Origin: an uncultured virus (IMG/VR IMGVR_UViG_3300018080_008055)
Lineage: Duplodnaviria; Heunggongvirae; Uroviricota; Caudoviricetes
DNA length: 20,000 nucleotides
Direction: 5' to 3' (one strand)
IMG/VR virus record: IMGVR_UViG_3300018080_008055
Part shown: positions 7,652-16,433 of the stretch, piece by piece
Layout: each line of letters opens with the position of its first letter
How positions within the stretch are numbered: the first letter of the stretch is position 1
The notes under the pieces: generated by a model
Database searches by the model: none
Seen by the model: only the letters and a program-made list of their open reading frames with translations
Told to the model about the DNA's origin: nothing
Translations under genes and position numbers: made by a program

Positions 7652-8011
7652 TTAAATAAAAATTGCAATTATGGTTTGTAATGGAATGATATTCTTTTCG
7701 TAATAATCAAGTTCTGTTTTTTTTAAAACAAATATATCATATTTAACTAATTCTCCTTTCATTATTTTGAGAGGAATCATTAAATCCTTAGCTTGTTTCT
7801 TACTTAAGGCTTTTTTATTTATGCAAAAGATTTTATGAGCTTTTTCAAGAATCTCTAGACCTCTTAACATCCTCCGGTATTCTCGTTTTGGAGTCTTTTT
7901 TAATCTGATCTCTATCTTATGTTCTTTAACTTCTTTTCTATAATTTCTTAAGACTCTATTTAATTCTCTACATAATTTTACTTGTTTTTCTTTATCAATT
8001 CTGATTCTCAT
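7652..8011 (-). CDS. Basic helical hypothetical protein, coupled to the ATPase gene
   Basis: 119 aa; ATG 1 nt after the ATPase stop codon. Confidence 0.75.
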   Translation of the reverse strand: MRIRIDKEKQVKLCRELNRVLRNYRKEVKEHKIEIRLKKTPKREYRRMLRGLEILEKAHKIFCINKKALSKKQAKDLMIPLKIMKGELVKYDIFVLKKTELDYYEKNIIPLQTIIAIFI

Positions 8012-8012
8012 A

Positions 8013-9839
8013 TTATTTGATCTCTTTATGTATTTTTATTGATTCTTGAGGTTTTAGATACTTGATCTCTTTTCGGTATAATTTTTTATTTACGTGATCG
8101 AAAATATCTGCAAAGACTTGAACTTTATTATATTTATTATGGTTCTTTAATCCATATTCTATTTCGGGGTTGAACTTTTTTATTTTAATCGAAAAGGAAC
8201 TTTTATGTAATTCAAAACATTTACAAGAAATAACCTTAAGAAGAGTCTTATCCGGAGATATACAAATTATATCTGGTTCTCCTCTTTCTCCATTTCTAAT
8301 TACCTCCCATTCTTTATATTCCGGATCTTTTCTTAATTCATTTGCTCTATATATTTCATATAGCTCTCCTCTCTCTTTTGCTATATACCCGTCGTATTTC
8401 TTTTTTACGGCTGACAATTGAGGATCTGATAAACTTATTTCTAATTTTTCTCTAATTTTTTGATATGTCTTACCGGCTTTCATTAATTTGAAAATCTCTA
8501 TATCTCTTTCAATATTTCTCCATTTTGAATTTTCATAATCGAAATTATCTAAGATTTTTTCAATTGGAATATCAAAAATTTCCTTTTCTTCAATTCCATA
8601 TATTTGATTAAGTAATTCTTTCCGATTGTTTACTTCGGCCTCTTCCTCTTTGTTTTTCTCTTCATTGATCTTCCTATAAACTGTATTTACTAAATATTTG
8701 GTATAATCTGTATCAGCATTAATATTGAGGTCAAATATAAGCCAATCTTTTAGCTCTTGTTTTGACTTTCCAGAATAATTATTTTCTTTAGCATAATTAT
8801 AAAGAACTCCAATATCTCTCTCCTTTTGTTCTTCAGTTAAAGAACCGGATTCAAATCCTCCGGAGTCTTCTAATTGTTCTAAGGCCTCCATTTTTGCTAA
8901 ATCATAAAGATCTAATAATTCAATAATTGAACCAATATTCAAATTTGCATAACCCAAATAGATTGCTCTTAAAGATTTTTTTTCTGGATCTATATATCTT
9001 ATTAGAACTCTTGTTTCCCATTCCGCTTCTGGTTTGTCTTTTTTAAATCCAAATGGAATTAAGATGAAATGAAGATTAGGAACGTAAGTAAAATCTGGAG
9101 TTGCTAGAATATAGTTTTTCTGTTTAACTCTAAAAGCCTTAATTATATTTTTGAAAGCTGTTTTAAAAGACCTAGAACCTGAACCGGAAATTTCATTATT
9201 TTCATCTTGAATATTAGTTCCTCCAGGTAAGATCTTGGGAAAGTTGTTTTTTGAACCGGAAAAATTTTGAGAATAGGTTAAATCCGTTTCTCCTTTCTTT
9301 CTTACTTGCTTTATTTCTTTAATGAATTTTTTGTTAAATTCTATTTTTTTTTTAATCTTTTCTATTAAATTTTTACTATGAATATTCTCTACATTTTTCA
9401 TTAGTTTAATAATTCTTAACCTGGAGTCTCTAATCTCCTTTCTTAATTTCTTTAATTTCTTTGGTATATAATCTAAGAAATGTCTGTTGATTTTATGGTA
9501 TAGCCAAACGGCTATTAGAGACTTACCTAATCCGGATTTATTATTAATTTCACAAACAATATTACGATCATTCCGAATACAATCTTCGATATGTTCTAGT
9601 AGAATATCGGTTATATCTCTTTTTAAAGCATAAGGTCTAGTGAAATGGTTATTCCATTTTCTTTTCATTGCGTATTCTAATTTGTCTATGTAATAACGAT
9701 CTAAGGCCGGATAATCATATTCCTCAAAATTGTTAGGATCTTTATATCTCCTCTTCCTTAGTGTATTAAAACCTCTGAATGATCTATTAAGTGAGGTTAA
9801 ATAACCTCTCCGGTAATTATTTCTCTTACTGTAAGTCAT
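8013..9839 (-). CDS. P-loop ATPase (Zot/FtsK-HerA-like viral ATPase type) fused to an HTH and a C-terminal PD-(D/E)xK-like nuclease domain
   Basis: Walker A variant NNKSGLGKS, Walker B NIQDE, and FRVKQKNYILATP (Arg plus strand-TP motif). HTH IFKLMKAGKTYQKIREKL..SDPQLSAVKK. Nuclease RGELYE...GEPDIICI...LKVISCK. Confidence 0.7.
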   Translation of the reverse strand: MTYSKRNNYRRGYLTSLNRSFRGFNTLRKRRYKDPNNFEEYDYPALDRYYIDKLEYAMKRKWNNHFTRPYALKRDITDILLEHIEDCIRNDRNIVCEINNKSGLGKSLIAVWLYHKINRHFLDYIPKKLKKLRKEIRDSRLRIIKLMKNVENIHSKNLIEKIKKKIEFNKKFIKEIKQVRKKGETDLTYSQNFSGSKNNFPKILPGGTNIQDENNEISGSGSRSFKTAFKNIIKAFRVKQKNYILATPDFTYVPNLHFILIPFGFKKDKPEAEWETRVLIRYIDPEKKSLRAIYLGYANLNIGSIIELLDLYDLAKMEALEQLEDSGGFESGSLTEEQKERDIGVLYNYAKENNYSGKSKQELKDWLIFDLNINADTDYTKYLVNTVYRKINEEKNKEEEAEVNNRKELLNQIYGIEEKEIFDIPIEKILDNFDYENSKWRNIERDIEIFKLMKAGKTYQKIREKLEISLSDPQLSAVKKKYDGYIAKERGELYEIYRANELRKDPEYKEWEVIRNGERGEPDIICISPDKTLLKVISCKCFELHKSSFSIKIKKFNPEIEYGLKNHNKYNKVQVFADIFDHVNKKLYRKEIKYLKPQESIKIHKEIK

Positions 9840-9858
9840 ACTCAATTAATTATATAGT

Positions 9859-9884
9859 AAATTAAGTTAAAAAAGATTAGGTTA
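9859..9884. repeat. Truncated copy of the intergenic repeat
   Basis: AAATTAAGTTAAAAAAGATTAGGTTA, between the 174-aa gene and the ATPase gene. Confidence 0.6.
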
Positions 9885-9898
9885 AAAATTGGGTTGAT

Positions 9899-10423
9899 TT
9901 ATTCTGGATTTAATTCCTCCAAATTATTTCTTATATCTTCTTTCATTTCTCCTCTAACTTCTCTATACATTCTTGTTAGCATAGAACTAGTTAGTTTTCC
10001 ATAAGTACCGATCTCTAATAACATATATCCAATTATTCTAAAGTGATAATCAATTCTTTCTAAAGTTGCATGAATGAATTTACGTAAATAGATTTGTATT
10101 AGTTTCGGTCGTTTTACATTATCTGTAAGCTCATAAGTAAGTAATTTTGTTATTCTTTGAAATTTCTTAACAACTTTATTATCAACTTGAATAGGAGTAT
10201 TAAAGATAATTTGCATAATGTCTTGAATATCTATTTGTAAGATTGTAAGGAAATCAACCTCTTCATAGGCCGAGACATTAAGACTCTCTAAGGATCTAAG
10301 ATATATTCTTATATCCATTAGATTATTCATTTGCTTTTCCATATCCTCAGATAAGAGTTTATATAAATCTAAATAAAACTTAAGTTTCATATCCTCTTCA
10401 TCGTAAAACATATCCTCTCCCAT
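9899..10423 (-). CDS. All-alpha hypothetical protein
   Basis: 174 aa, GGAGG RBS inside the end of the upstream gene, 1-nt gap. Confidence 0.85.
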   Translation of the reverse strand: MGEDMFYDEEDMKLKFYLDLYKLLSEDMEKQMNNLMDIRIYLRSLESLNVSAYEEVDFLTILQIDIQDIMQIIFNTPIQVDNKVVKKFQRITKLLTYELTDNVKRPKLIQIYLRKFIHATLERIDYHFRIIGYMLLEIGTYGKLTSSMLTRMYREVRGEMKEDIRNNLEELNPE

Positions 10424-10424
10424 T

Positions 10425-11837
10425 TTAGAAACCTCCAGGCTTGAGGATATGTTTTAAAAATGGAATGAATAGAGAATTGCTTGTTGAGTTTGTAGGTTCT
10501 TGAACTGTTGTTGCAACTCTAGATAATCCAAAAAGAGAGGGAAATAGTAAAATCATAAAGATTAGAACTGTTAAGGCTATTGTAGTAATAACAAAAAACA
10601 TGGTTATCATTTGGTATTCCTTTTTGGGTTGTTTCCATGAAAACCGGCTTAATTCATGTTTCATTTCTGATAGTTCTTTAGCTCTTTTGCTTTGTTTTTT
10701 AAGTTGATCGGATAACATTGAGTTATGCTTTTCTAAATCCATATTATCATAAACTAATGTTTCGTATTCATGTTTTATTTGGCTTACTTCATCAGCAAAA
10801 TAGCTTAGTTTCGCGTCTCTAAGCAATGCTTCGGCTATTTCTTTCTTCATTTGAATTAGGCCTCCCATCTTAACATAAAAACTTGAGTAAGTGCAAATGA
10901 GATAAGGTAATTCTTTAAAAATACCGGCCTCTAAAAAGGTTGCAACTGCATAATTAGGAACTTCTAAAGGCATGTTTGAAAAACTAGCATAATCATCTGT
11001 AAATATAAAGGTATTATAAATCGAATCGGTGGGCAAGAGTAAGATCATTTCGTTATTTTGATAATAAAGTTCCGAATTTACTATTCTAGCTCTGAAAAAG
11101 GTAAATTTGTTAAGATCATAACTTTCCTTATCTAAATCAATAGCATGAATCCCATCACCATAACCTTTTGCTTTTGGAATTGAATTAAGTAAGGCTTTTT
11201 GAGAATCCTTAATATCGTTTAGTTCCTCTTGTTGTTTTTCTTTTTGAGCAACTTTGTTTAATTGTTCGTTTAAGGCTTTTATTCTTTCATCTAACTTTCC
11301 AATGGCTTTTTTTAATTCATCCTCTCTCTCCTTAGAAAATTTCTCTAATTCTTTTCTTTTCTTTTTTTCTTCACTAGATAATTTGTCTTCTTTCATTCTT
11401 TCCTTAATCATTTGTATTGGAGAGATCATAAGATTTGTTAGATTCCTCTTTTTAGCATAAAGAGTATTAAGCTCTTCCTTTATCATTTTTCTCTCTAATA
11501 TTATTTGGTCTTTAGTTCCGATCTCAATTGGATATGTTTCGGTTGAGTCTATTACAATCCAACCGGTACTAGGCTTTCGATAATCAACGTCATAAACTAT
11601 TGCAAAAATATAGAGATAAACTTTATACTTTTCTTGGTAAATAATTTTAAGATATTTGAGAGCAACCATATAAACTATATAGCCGACAACAATAAATATC
11701 ATAATGATAAACGATAAAACTTCTAATAGCATTAAAAATAGCATTGTAGGAACTAATAATAAGGCCGGATAAACCATTAAAGCCGAATATACATTCTCAG
11801 ATAATAACCAATTGACAAATCGTCTTCTAAAAGCCAT
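10425..11837 (-). CDS. Membrane protein with two N-terminal TMs, long coiled coils and a C-terminal TM
   Basis: Hydrophobic residues ~15-65 and ~410-437; heptad regions ~150-215 and ~345-395. GAGGT RBS and a clear TATA promoter. Confidence 0.88.
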   Translation of the reverse strand: MAFRRRFVNWLLSENVYSALMVYPALLLVPTMLFLMLLEVLSFIIMIFIVVGYIVYMVALKYLKIIYQEKYKVYLYIFAIVYDVDYRKPSTGWIVIDSTETYPIEIGTKDQIILERKMIKEELNTLYAKKRNLTNLMISPIQMIKERMKEDKLSSEEKKKRKELEKFSKEREDELKKAIGKLDERIKALNEQLNKVAQKEKQQEELNDIKDSQKALLNSIPKAKGYGDGIHAIDLDKESYDLNKFTFFRARIVNSELYYQNNEMILLLPTDSIYNTFIFTDDYASFSNMPLEVPNYAVATFLEAGIFKELPYLICTYSSFYVKMGGLIQMKKEIAEALLRDAKLSYFADEVSQIKHEYETLVYDNMDLEKHNSMLSDQLKKQSKRAKELSEMKHELSRFSWKQPKKEYQMITMFFVITTIALTVLIFMILLFPSLFGLSRVATTVQEPTNSTSNSLFIPFLKHILKPGGF

Positions 11838-11885
11838 ATAATTACCTCAATAAACAATTTAGTTAATTACAGAAACAATGATCTT

Positions 11886-11901
11886 CTATTTAAGGTTTTA
11901 C
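11886..11901 (-). promoter_or_regulatory. Archaeal BRE + TATA promoter of the membrane-protein/ATPase operon
   Basis: Minus strand GTAAAACCTTAAATAG about 50 bp upstream of the ATG at 11837; RBS GAGGT at 11843-11847. Confidence 0.65.
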
Positions 11902-11950
11902 TGTTAAAATCTTATTTTAGGTTTTTAGCTTTTTTACTAATCAATAGTGA

Positions 11951-12010
11951 ATATAACTAATTATAACTTCTATAACATATAGCAACTGGAGTAATAACTT
12001 TTTATAACAA
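11951..12010. repeat. Array of six WATAAC/GCAAC-like motifs at ~10-bp pitch
   Basis: AAC ends at 11957, 11967, 11976, 11986, 11998 and 12008. Confidence 0.55.
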
Positions 12011-12254
12011 TCATAGGACCAAAGAAAATGATCAAAAAAAAAGCCTGGAACTCCGGGAGAAAAATATTGATTTTTAGACCTCAAGCCTGGAATTATGAAA
12101 ATAATTAATAAGCCAAAAGATAAGCCAATAAAAACTTACGACTAGTGTTTGAGTATTGTTGAATAAAAAAATGTAAGCCTGTTGTTGTTTTTTAAGATCA
12201 ATCTTTTAAGTAAGTATAGCTATTCTTAAATTAAAAAATCCGGAGGATTTGACT

Positions 12255-12560
12255 ATGGCTAAAAAAGAAAATAAAACTAAAGATGAAAAAGAAGAGGAAA
12301 ATACTAAAGAAGAGGAGGAGATTGTTGAGGAGGTTGTTGAGGAAGAAAAGAAAGAAGAATATATGACTGTTATAGACTATATCTTTAAAGATACTATTGA
12401 TTACTCAAATAAACTTGCAACTAATTTAGAGAAGTTAAAGGAAATTAGAAAGTTAGAACTTACCTCTTCTTTTAAAGTAATAATCCAAACCAAAATAGAC
12501 TATATAAATAAAATATCCAAAGATATAGAAAAAATAAAAAGAAGAATTTATGATATTTAG
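12255..12560 (+). CDS. Hypothetical protein with a Glu-rich low-complexity N-terminus and a helical C-terminus
   Basis: GGAGG at 12242-12246 supports the ATG at 12255 over TTG at 12249. Confidence 0.8.
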   Translation: MAKKENKTKDEKEEENTKEEEEIVEEVVEEEKKEEYMTVIDYIFKDTIDYSNKLATNLEKLKEIRKLELTSSFKVIIQTKIDYINKISKDIEKIKRRIYDI

Positions 12561-13385
12561 TTATTTTCTTTCTCTTACTTTTGAACCAGGCTTTTTCTCT
12601 TTTTTTCTCATTTTATTGAGATAATAAATAAAGACTATAGAAACAATACTAATTGCTAAAATGAGCAATATCCAAAACCAATTATCAAAGACAAATCCTA
12701 AGACTGTTTGTTCATTTGGGAATAGATCCATAAATACCAATTCCGGAGAATCAACGTCATCTAAGGTTATGGTCATTGCCTTCAACCCACAATTGCTTTC
12801 TCTTTCATACCAATCACTAGGAAATGTAATTTCAAACCCATGATTGTCCATTTCTACCTCTCCATATTCCGTTTCGTTATCATAATAGATTAGATAGGTT
12901 GTTTCCCATAAGGTTAAACCTCTATACGCCACAATCATTCCTCCAAAATGATCACCACTAGGAGAACAATTACTCCAAAAGAAAACCATAAATACATCTA
13001 AATCCTCTGGATTTCCATGAGTTTTAAATTCTAATTTAGCCTCATCCTCATCTAGGTCGGAAACTTTTATTTGTTCAAGATCAATCCCCTTATAATCCTC
13101 ATATTCCTCAGTTGTAAGAGGTCTAGCAATATCCGGATCATTCCAATCCTCTTGAATATCCTCAAACATTTTATTTAACGATCCTGCAAATGAATCTTCA
13201 TCTAAAGTTAATTCCTCAAAATCCTCATATTCCTCTGAGGCCGTCTCCTCATCAAAAGCTCTCATATCATTAGCCGGATCATCACCTATTACAACGGTAT
13301 TTTCACTAGCACTAGCAAAAGTAATACAATAACTAAAAAAGAAAAAGGTTAAAACTGAGATACATAATAATTTTTTTTTATCCAT
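12561..13385 (-). CDS. Acidic secreted/surface protein with signal peptide and C-terminal TM anchor
   Basis: Signal ending FASA, a D/E-rich ectodomain (GDDPAND), and a TM followed by KKEKKPGSKVRERK. Confidence 0.85.
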   Translation of the reverse strand: MDKKKLLCISVLTFFFFSYCITFASASENTVVIGDDPANDMRAFDEETASEEYEDFEELTLDEDSFAGSLNKMFEDIQEDWNDPDIARPLTTEEYEDYKGIDLEQIKVSDLDEDEAKLEFKTHGNPEDLDVFMVFFWSNCSPSGDHFGGMIVAYRGLTLWETTYLIYYDNETEYGEVEMDNHGFEITFPSDWYERESNCGLKAMTITLDDVDSPELVFMDLFPNEQTVLGFVFDNWFWILLILAISIVSIVFIYYLNKMRKKEKKPGSKVRERK

Positions 13386-13565
13386 AATGAATCATTTTCA
13401 TTTTTATTATTTAATAATACTACATTAAAAAATATAAATTATAACATTACAGAAAAGCTCATTTTCAACTTTGTCTATCTATTAATGACTTTTTATATCA
13501 TTACTCAAAAAATATAAACTAAAATGGCTATTTTTAATTAATTAACTTTTTTTGAATGAATTATT

Positions 13566-14498
13566 ATGGCTAAAAAACAATCTAGAAGAAAGATTTCTAA
13601 TACACCTGGAAAGAAATTATCTAATACAAAACTCCGATATGGAATATTGGCTTTAGCTATAGGCATAATGGTAGGTATTCCTTTAGGAATGTTATTCCAA
13701 AATCTATTACCTCCTCCATTACAACCCGAAGCTCAGGAAATAAAGACTCAGATCTCTATTACTATTTCTGATGATTGTATTTTAATTATCAATGATACAG
13801 TTTTAGGAGAAAGGTCTTGGAATTTTTTTGATTATGCTGATGAAAATATTACCGGTAATAGCATGGCTTTAATTTATGGGATATATTTGAATGATTCTTT
13901 TACAATCGATCTAAAGAACTCAGCAGAAGATAGAGATTCACTTTCAGAGGTTATAGAAGATTTAGAGGATAATGATTGGGAGGAAAAAGACGCAATTTTA
14001 TATAAGTCTTTTTATCCTTATACTTTTGCTCAGTTAGGTTTAGGTTTAGAATCCTCAAATATCTTAGCTGATGAATTTTTCTTTCCAAGTTTTAATTTTA
14101 CCGGTACATATCCAGAACCTATATATCCCGATCCCTTAGAAGATGGTTTAGAATTTGAGTTAGATAGAGGAGTAATTCTTGATTCAGTTTTGTTTATGTT
14201 CAATTTCTCTTATGAGAATGTATATGGTATGCAAAATATAGAACCTCTTATTTTTACGGCAAATTTCTTTTTGGATATTCCCACCGGTATGTTTATTAGT
14301 TTTTTTCCGGAAGATGATGAAATCTTAGATGAAGTTTCTATAAGAGAGGAAGCTATTGTTTTACCAGATAAAGACTTGGAAATTGAGATAACTGAATTTT
14401 ATATCGATCAAGAAAACGATAGAACTACTTTTATTAGTTTAGATGCAGAGATCAATGGAGAGGATTTTGAAATTCCTATTTTCTTATCGGGAAGTTAA
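13566..14498 (+). CDS. Type II membrane glycoprotein with acidic ectodomain (probable paralog of 15326..16075)
   Basis: Basic N-terminus with SRRK, a single TM, and sequons NDT, NIT, NDS, NFT, NFS. Confidence 0.85.
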   Translation: MAKKQSRRKISNTPGKKLSNTKLRYGILALAIGIMVGIPLGMLFQNLLPPPLQPEAQEIKTQISITISDDCILIINDTVLGERSWNFFDYADENITGNSMALIYGIYLNDSFTIDLKNSAEDRDSLSEVIEDLEDNDWEEKDAILYKSFYPYTFAQLGLGLESSNILADEFFFPSFNFTGTYPEPIYPDPLEDGLEFELDRGVILDSVLFMFNFSYENVYGMQNIEPLIFTANFFLDIPTGMFISFFPEDDEILDEVSIREEAIVLPDKDLEIEITEFYIDQENDRTTFISLDAEINGEDFEIPIFLSGS

Positions 14499-14508
14499 GT
14501 TCTAATTT

Positions 14509-14790
14509 TTATTTTTTTTTATTTTTTTTATTTTTTTTATTTTTTGCACTAGTGCATACAATTACTAAGACAATTGGAAATAAGATCCAAACTAGATTAT
14601 CAAACAAATATTCCAATTCTAACCCAAAAAAGTTTGTTATTTTCAAACTCTTTATAAAATAAGAATATATAACCGTTGCAAAAAAAACATAGAATACGCT
14701 TACAATTGCAGTAATCTTTATAGTATATCTAGTATCCTCTGATAAACTACTTCTTTCTTTCTTTTTTCTTTCTTTCTTTCTTCTAGTCAT
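14509..14790 (-). CDS. Small 2-TM membrane protein (MTRRKK...)
   Basis: GAGGT at 14798-14802 supports the ATG at 14790 rather than the ORF-track start at 14826. Two TMs and polybasic termini. Confidence 0.8.
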   Translation of the reverse strand: MTRRKKERKKKERSSLSEDTRYTIKITAIVSVFYVFFATVIYSYFIKSLKITNFFGLELEYLFDNLVWILFPIVLVIVCTSAKNKKNKKNKKK

Positions 14791-14803
14791 AACAATTACC
14801 TCA

Positions 14804-15097
14804 CTAATATAAGTCTTTAAACCCAAAAGCCATAAAGACTTTCCAATGATCTTTATATTTTACGGTTCTAGCTCTTCTACCTTTTATCCTTTCCCCTTGA
14901 GCAATTTTATCAGCATCCTCTTTAGTTGCAAATTTAATTGGTTTTGGATTGCCAATAGCATTGAACTCCTCTCCAGAAAATTTTCTTTTTACTTTATTAT
15001 TTAGATAATTCTTACCAAAATAATCCTCTGCAAACGCATGAGGTCTTTTATGAGTTTTATAGGTCCGTTTTAAGTAATAGAGATCTCCATTAGTCAT
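14804..15097 (-). CDS. Small basic hypothetical protein (SPOR-like alpha/beta pattern at the C-terminus)
   Basis: FATKEDADKIA...KGRRARTVK...WKVF; overlaps the upstream stop by 8 nt. Confidence 0.7.
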   Translation of the reverse strand: MTNGDLYYLKRTYKTHKRPHAFAEDYFGKNYLNNKVKRKFSGEEFNAIGNPKPIKFATKEDADKIAQGERIKGRRARTVKYKDHWKVFMAFGFKDLY

Positions 15098-15302
15098 TTT
15101 TTCTTTCTTTTTTTCTTTTTTTTAAAATTCTTTTAAGATATTTATAATGTCTTAGCTCCTCTAAAGCCATTACCTTAAAATATTTATACTTTTTTTTATC
15201 CAAGTTATAAACAGCCATATAATCCTCATAGGCCTCTAACTCATCTTTAATATAAAACTCAATTTTTTTATCTGTTAATTTCTTTCTTGGTTTTTTAGCC
15301 AT
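15090..15302 (-). CDS. Half ferritin-like/rubrerythrin-like two-helix protein
   Basis: IKDELEAYEDY...FKVMALEELRHYKYL has the E..A...Y and EExRH di-iron half-site pattern. GAGGT RBS. Confidence 0.7.
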   Translation of the reverse strand: MAKKPRKKLTDKKIEFYIKDELEAYEDYMAVYNLDKKKYKYFKVMALEELRHYKYLKRILKKRKKERKND

Positions 15303-15325
15303 CTTTATTTACCTCATTCTTTTTT

Positions 15326-16075
15326 TTACCAAAGGCTAGGATTAATTGTATTATTCCAAGCCATTTTTTCAGTAATAATATCTTCATTCACATTTAATTT
15401 TAAATATGGGATAAAGTGAGTTGAGTTTAGCCTTTCATTCTCAATACAGATTACTTTAATATTATTTGTTTGATTTGGTATTAATTCGATAAAAATACTA
15501 TTTCCAAAATCAAAATAATCCTCTATAACAGTATCATTAGCAATGCTTAGATCAAAAGCATGTATCCCGATTTCTTCAATTTCTTTTTCTCTAACAATTT
15601 TATAGGTTAAGGTTTTTCCATTAAAAGCCGGTACTCCAGATCTAATATATTCTAAAATATACGTGAGGTTTGTATCAAAAAATAAAGATAATAAGAATTG
15701 GTCTGCAAAATTCATTACAAAGTGATCTCCATAATCCCCTTTAATATTATCTTCCTCTGCATTTTCGTTATCTATTATTAATCCACTAATCATTAACCTA
15801 TATATTAAAAATTCTGAACTCCATTGAGAATTATCATAGAGATCTAAAAAGTCTAAATAAAAATCCTCTTCAAATTCTATTTTAATTGTTGTAGTAAAAA
15901 TGTCTTCCTCCTCCTCTTCCTGCTCAGAAATCTCTTCCGGAATAAAAGAGAGGCTAGCTAATAATATACAGCTAACAACGATTATTACTACTATACTTGA
16001 TTTTAAAATTAGTTTTTTGTCTCCTAATTTATTTCCTTTTGAAAACCCTTTGGATTCTTTTCTTCTAGATTTCAT
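15326..16075 (-). CDS. Type II membrane glycoprotein with acidic ectodomain
   Basis: MKSRRK, one TM, a poly-Glu linker, and sequons NLT, NDT, NQT, NST, NNT. Similar to 13566..14498. Confidence 0.85.
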   Translation of the reverse strand: MKSRRKESKGFSKGNKLGDKKLILKSSIVVIIVVSCILLASLSFIPEEISEQEEEEEDIFTTTIKIEFEEDFYLDFLDLYDNSQWSSEFLIYRLMISGLIIDNENAEEDNIKGDYGDHFVMNFADQFLLSLFFDTNLTYILEYIRSGVPAFNGKTLTYKIVREKEIEEIGIHAFDLSIANDTVIEDYFDFGNSIFIELIPNQTNNIKVICIENERLNSTHFIPYLKLNVNEDIITEKMAWNNTINPSLW

Positions 16076-16083
16076 AATAACTC

Positions 16084-16401
16084 TTATTTTCTAGTTCTAG
16101 GCTTTCCGGAACTCCTTCGATATTTTCCTTTTTGTATTCTTCTTACTTTCCAATAATAAAGAACTCTGAATAACATATAGAATAACATTAATAGTAGAAT
16201 ATAGAGTATAAAGCCATCTAACTCAATTAATCGATCACCCATATTGATAGTAATATCCCAATGAATATAATCAATTAATACCGGTACTAAGAAGAATGAA
16301 ACAACTCCAGATAGAATAACGAATAAACATCTAGCCTGGAGTTTTCTATATTCATTAACTACTTTTTGTCTTCTTTTAATATCTCTATCAGTATAACTCA
16401 T
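16084..16401 (-). CDS. Small 2-TM membrane protein (paralog of 17948..18241)
   Basis: FFLVPVLIDY..W.I.I..G...IELD...LFY aligns with FFLTPILLEF..W.L.I..LG..IDLD...LFY. AGGT RBS favours the ATG at 16401. Confidence 0.82.
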   Translation of the reverse strand: MSYTDRDIKRRQKVVNEYRKLQARCLFVILSGVVSFFLVPVLIDYIHWDITINMGDRLIELDGFILYILLLMLFYMLFRVLYYWKVRRIQKGKYRRSSGKPRTRK

Positions 16402-16433
16402 AATCATTACCTAGTTTTTTACTTTAATAAAAT

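Noticed and set aside
8170..8421. + strand 83-aa ORF
   Set aside because: Antisense shadow of the ATPase-nuclease gene.
8013..9839. Large terminase subunit of a tailed virus
   Set aside because: The C-terminal domain looks PD-(D/E)xK-like rather than RNase H-like, and no portal or capsid gene is adjacent.
11254..11460. + strand 68-aa ORF
   Set aside because: Antisense to the coiled-coil region of the 470-aa gene; S/F-rich mirror composition.
12270..12360. Purine-rich GAAGAGGAG/GTTGAGGAG repeats
   Set aside because: Explained by the Glu-rich low-complexity protein sequence; not an independent DNA repeat.
12661..12843. + strand 60-aa ORF
   Set aside because: Antisense within the 274-aa surface-protein gene.
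14505..14546. Long T-rich tract (TTTTTTTTA units)
   Set aside because: Encodes the KNKKNKKNKKK tail of the minus-strand gene. It may double as an oligo-U terminator for the convergent + gene, but needs no further explanation.
15900..16094. + strand 64-aa poly-Ser ORF
   Set aside because: The poly-Ser is the reverse complement of the poly-Glu linker of 15326..16075.
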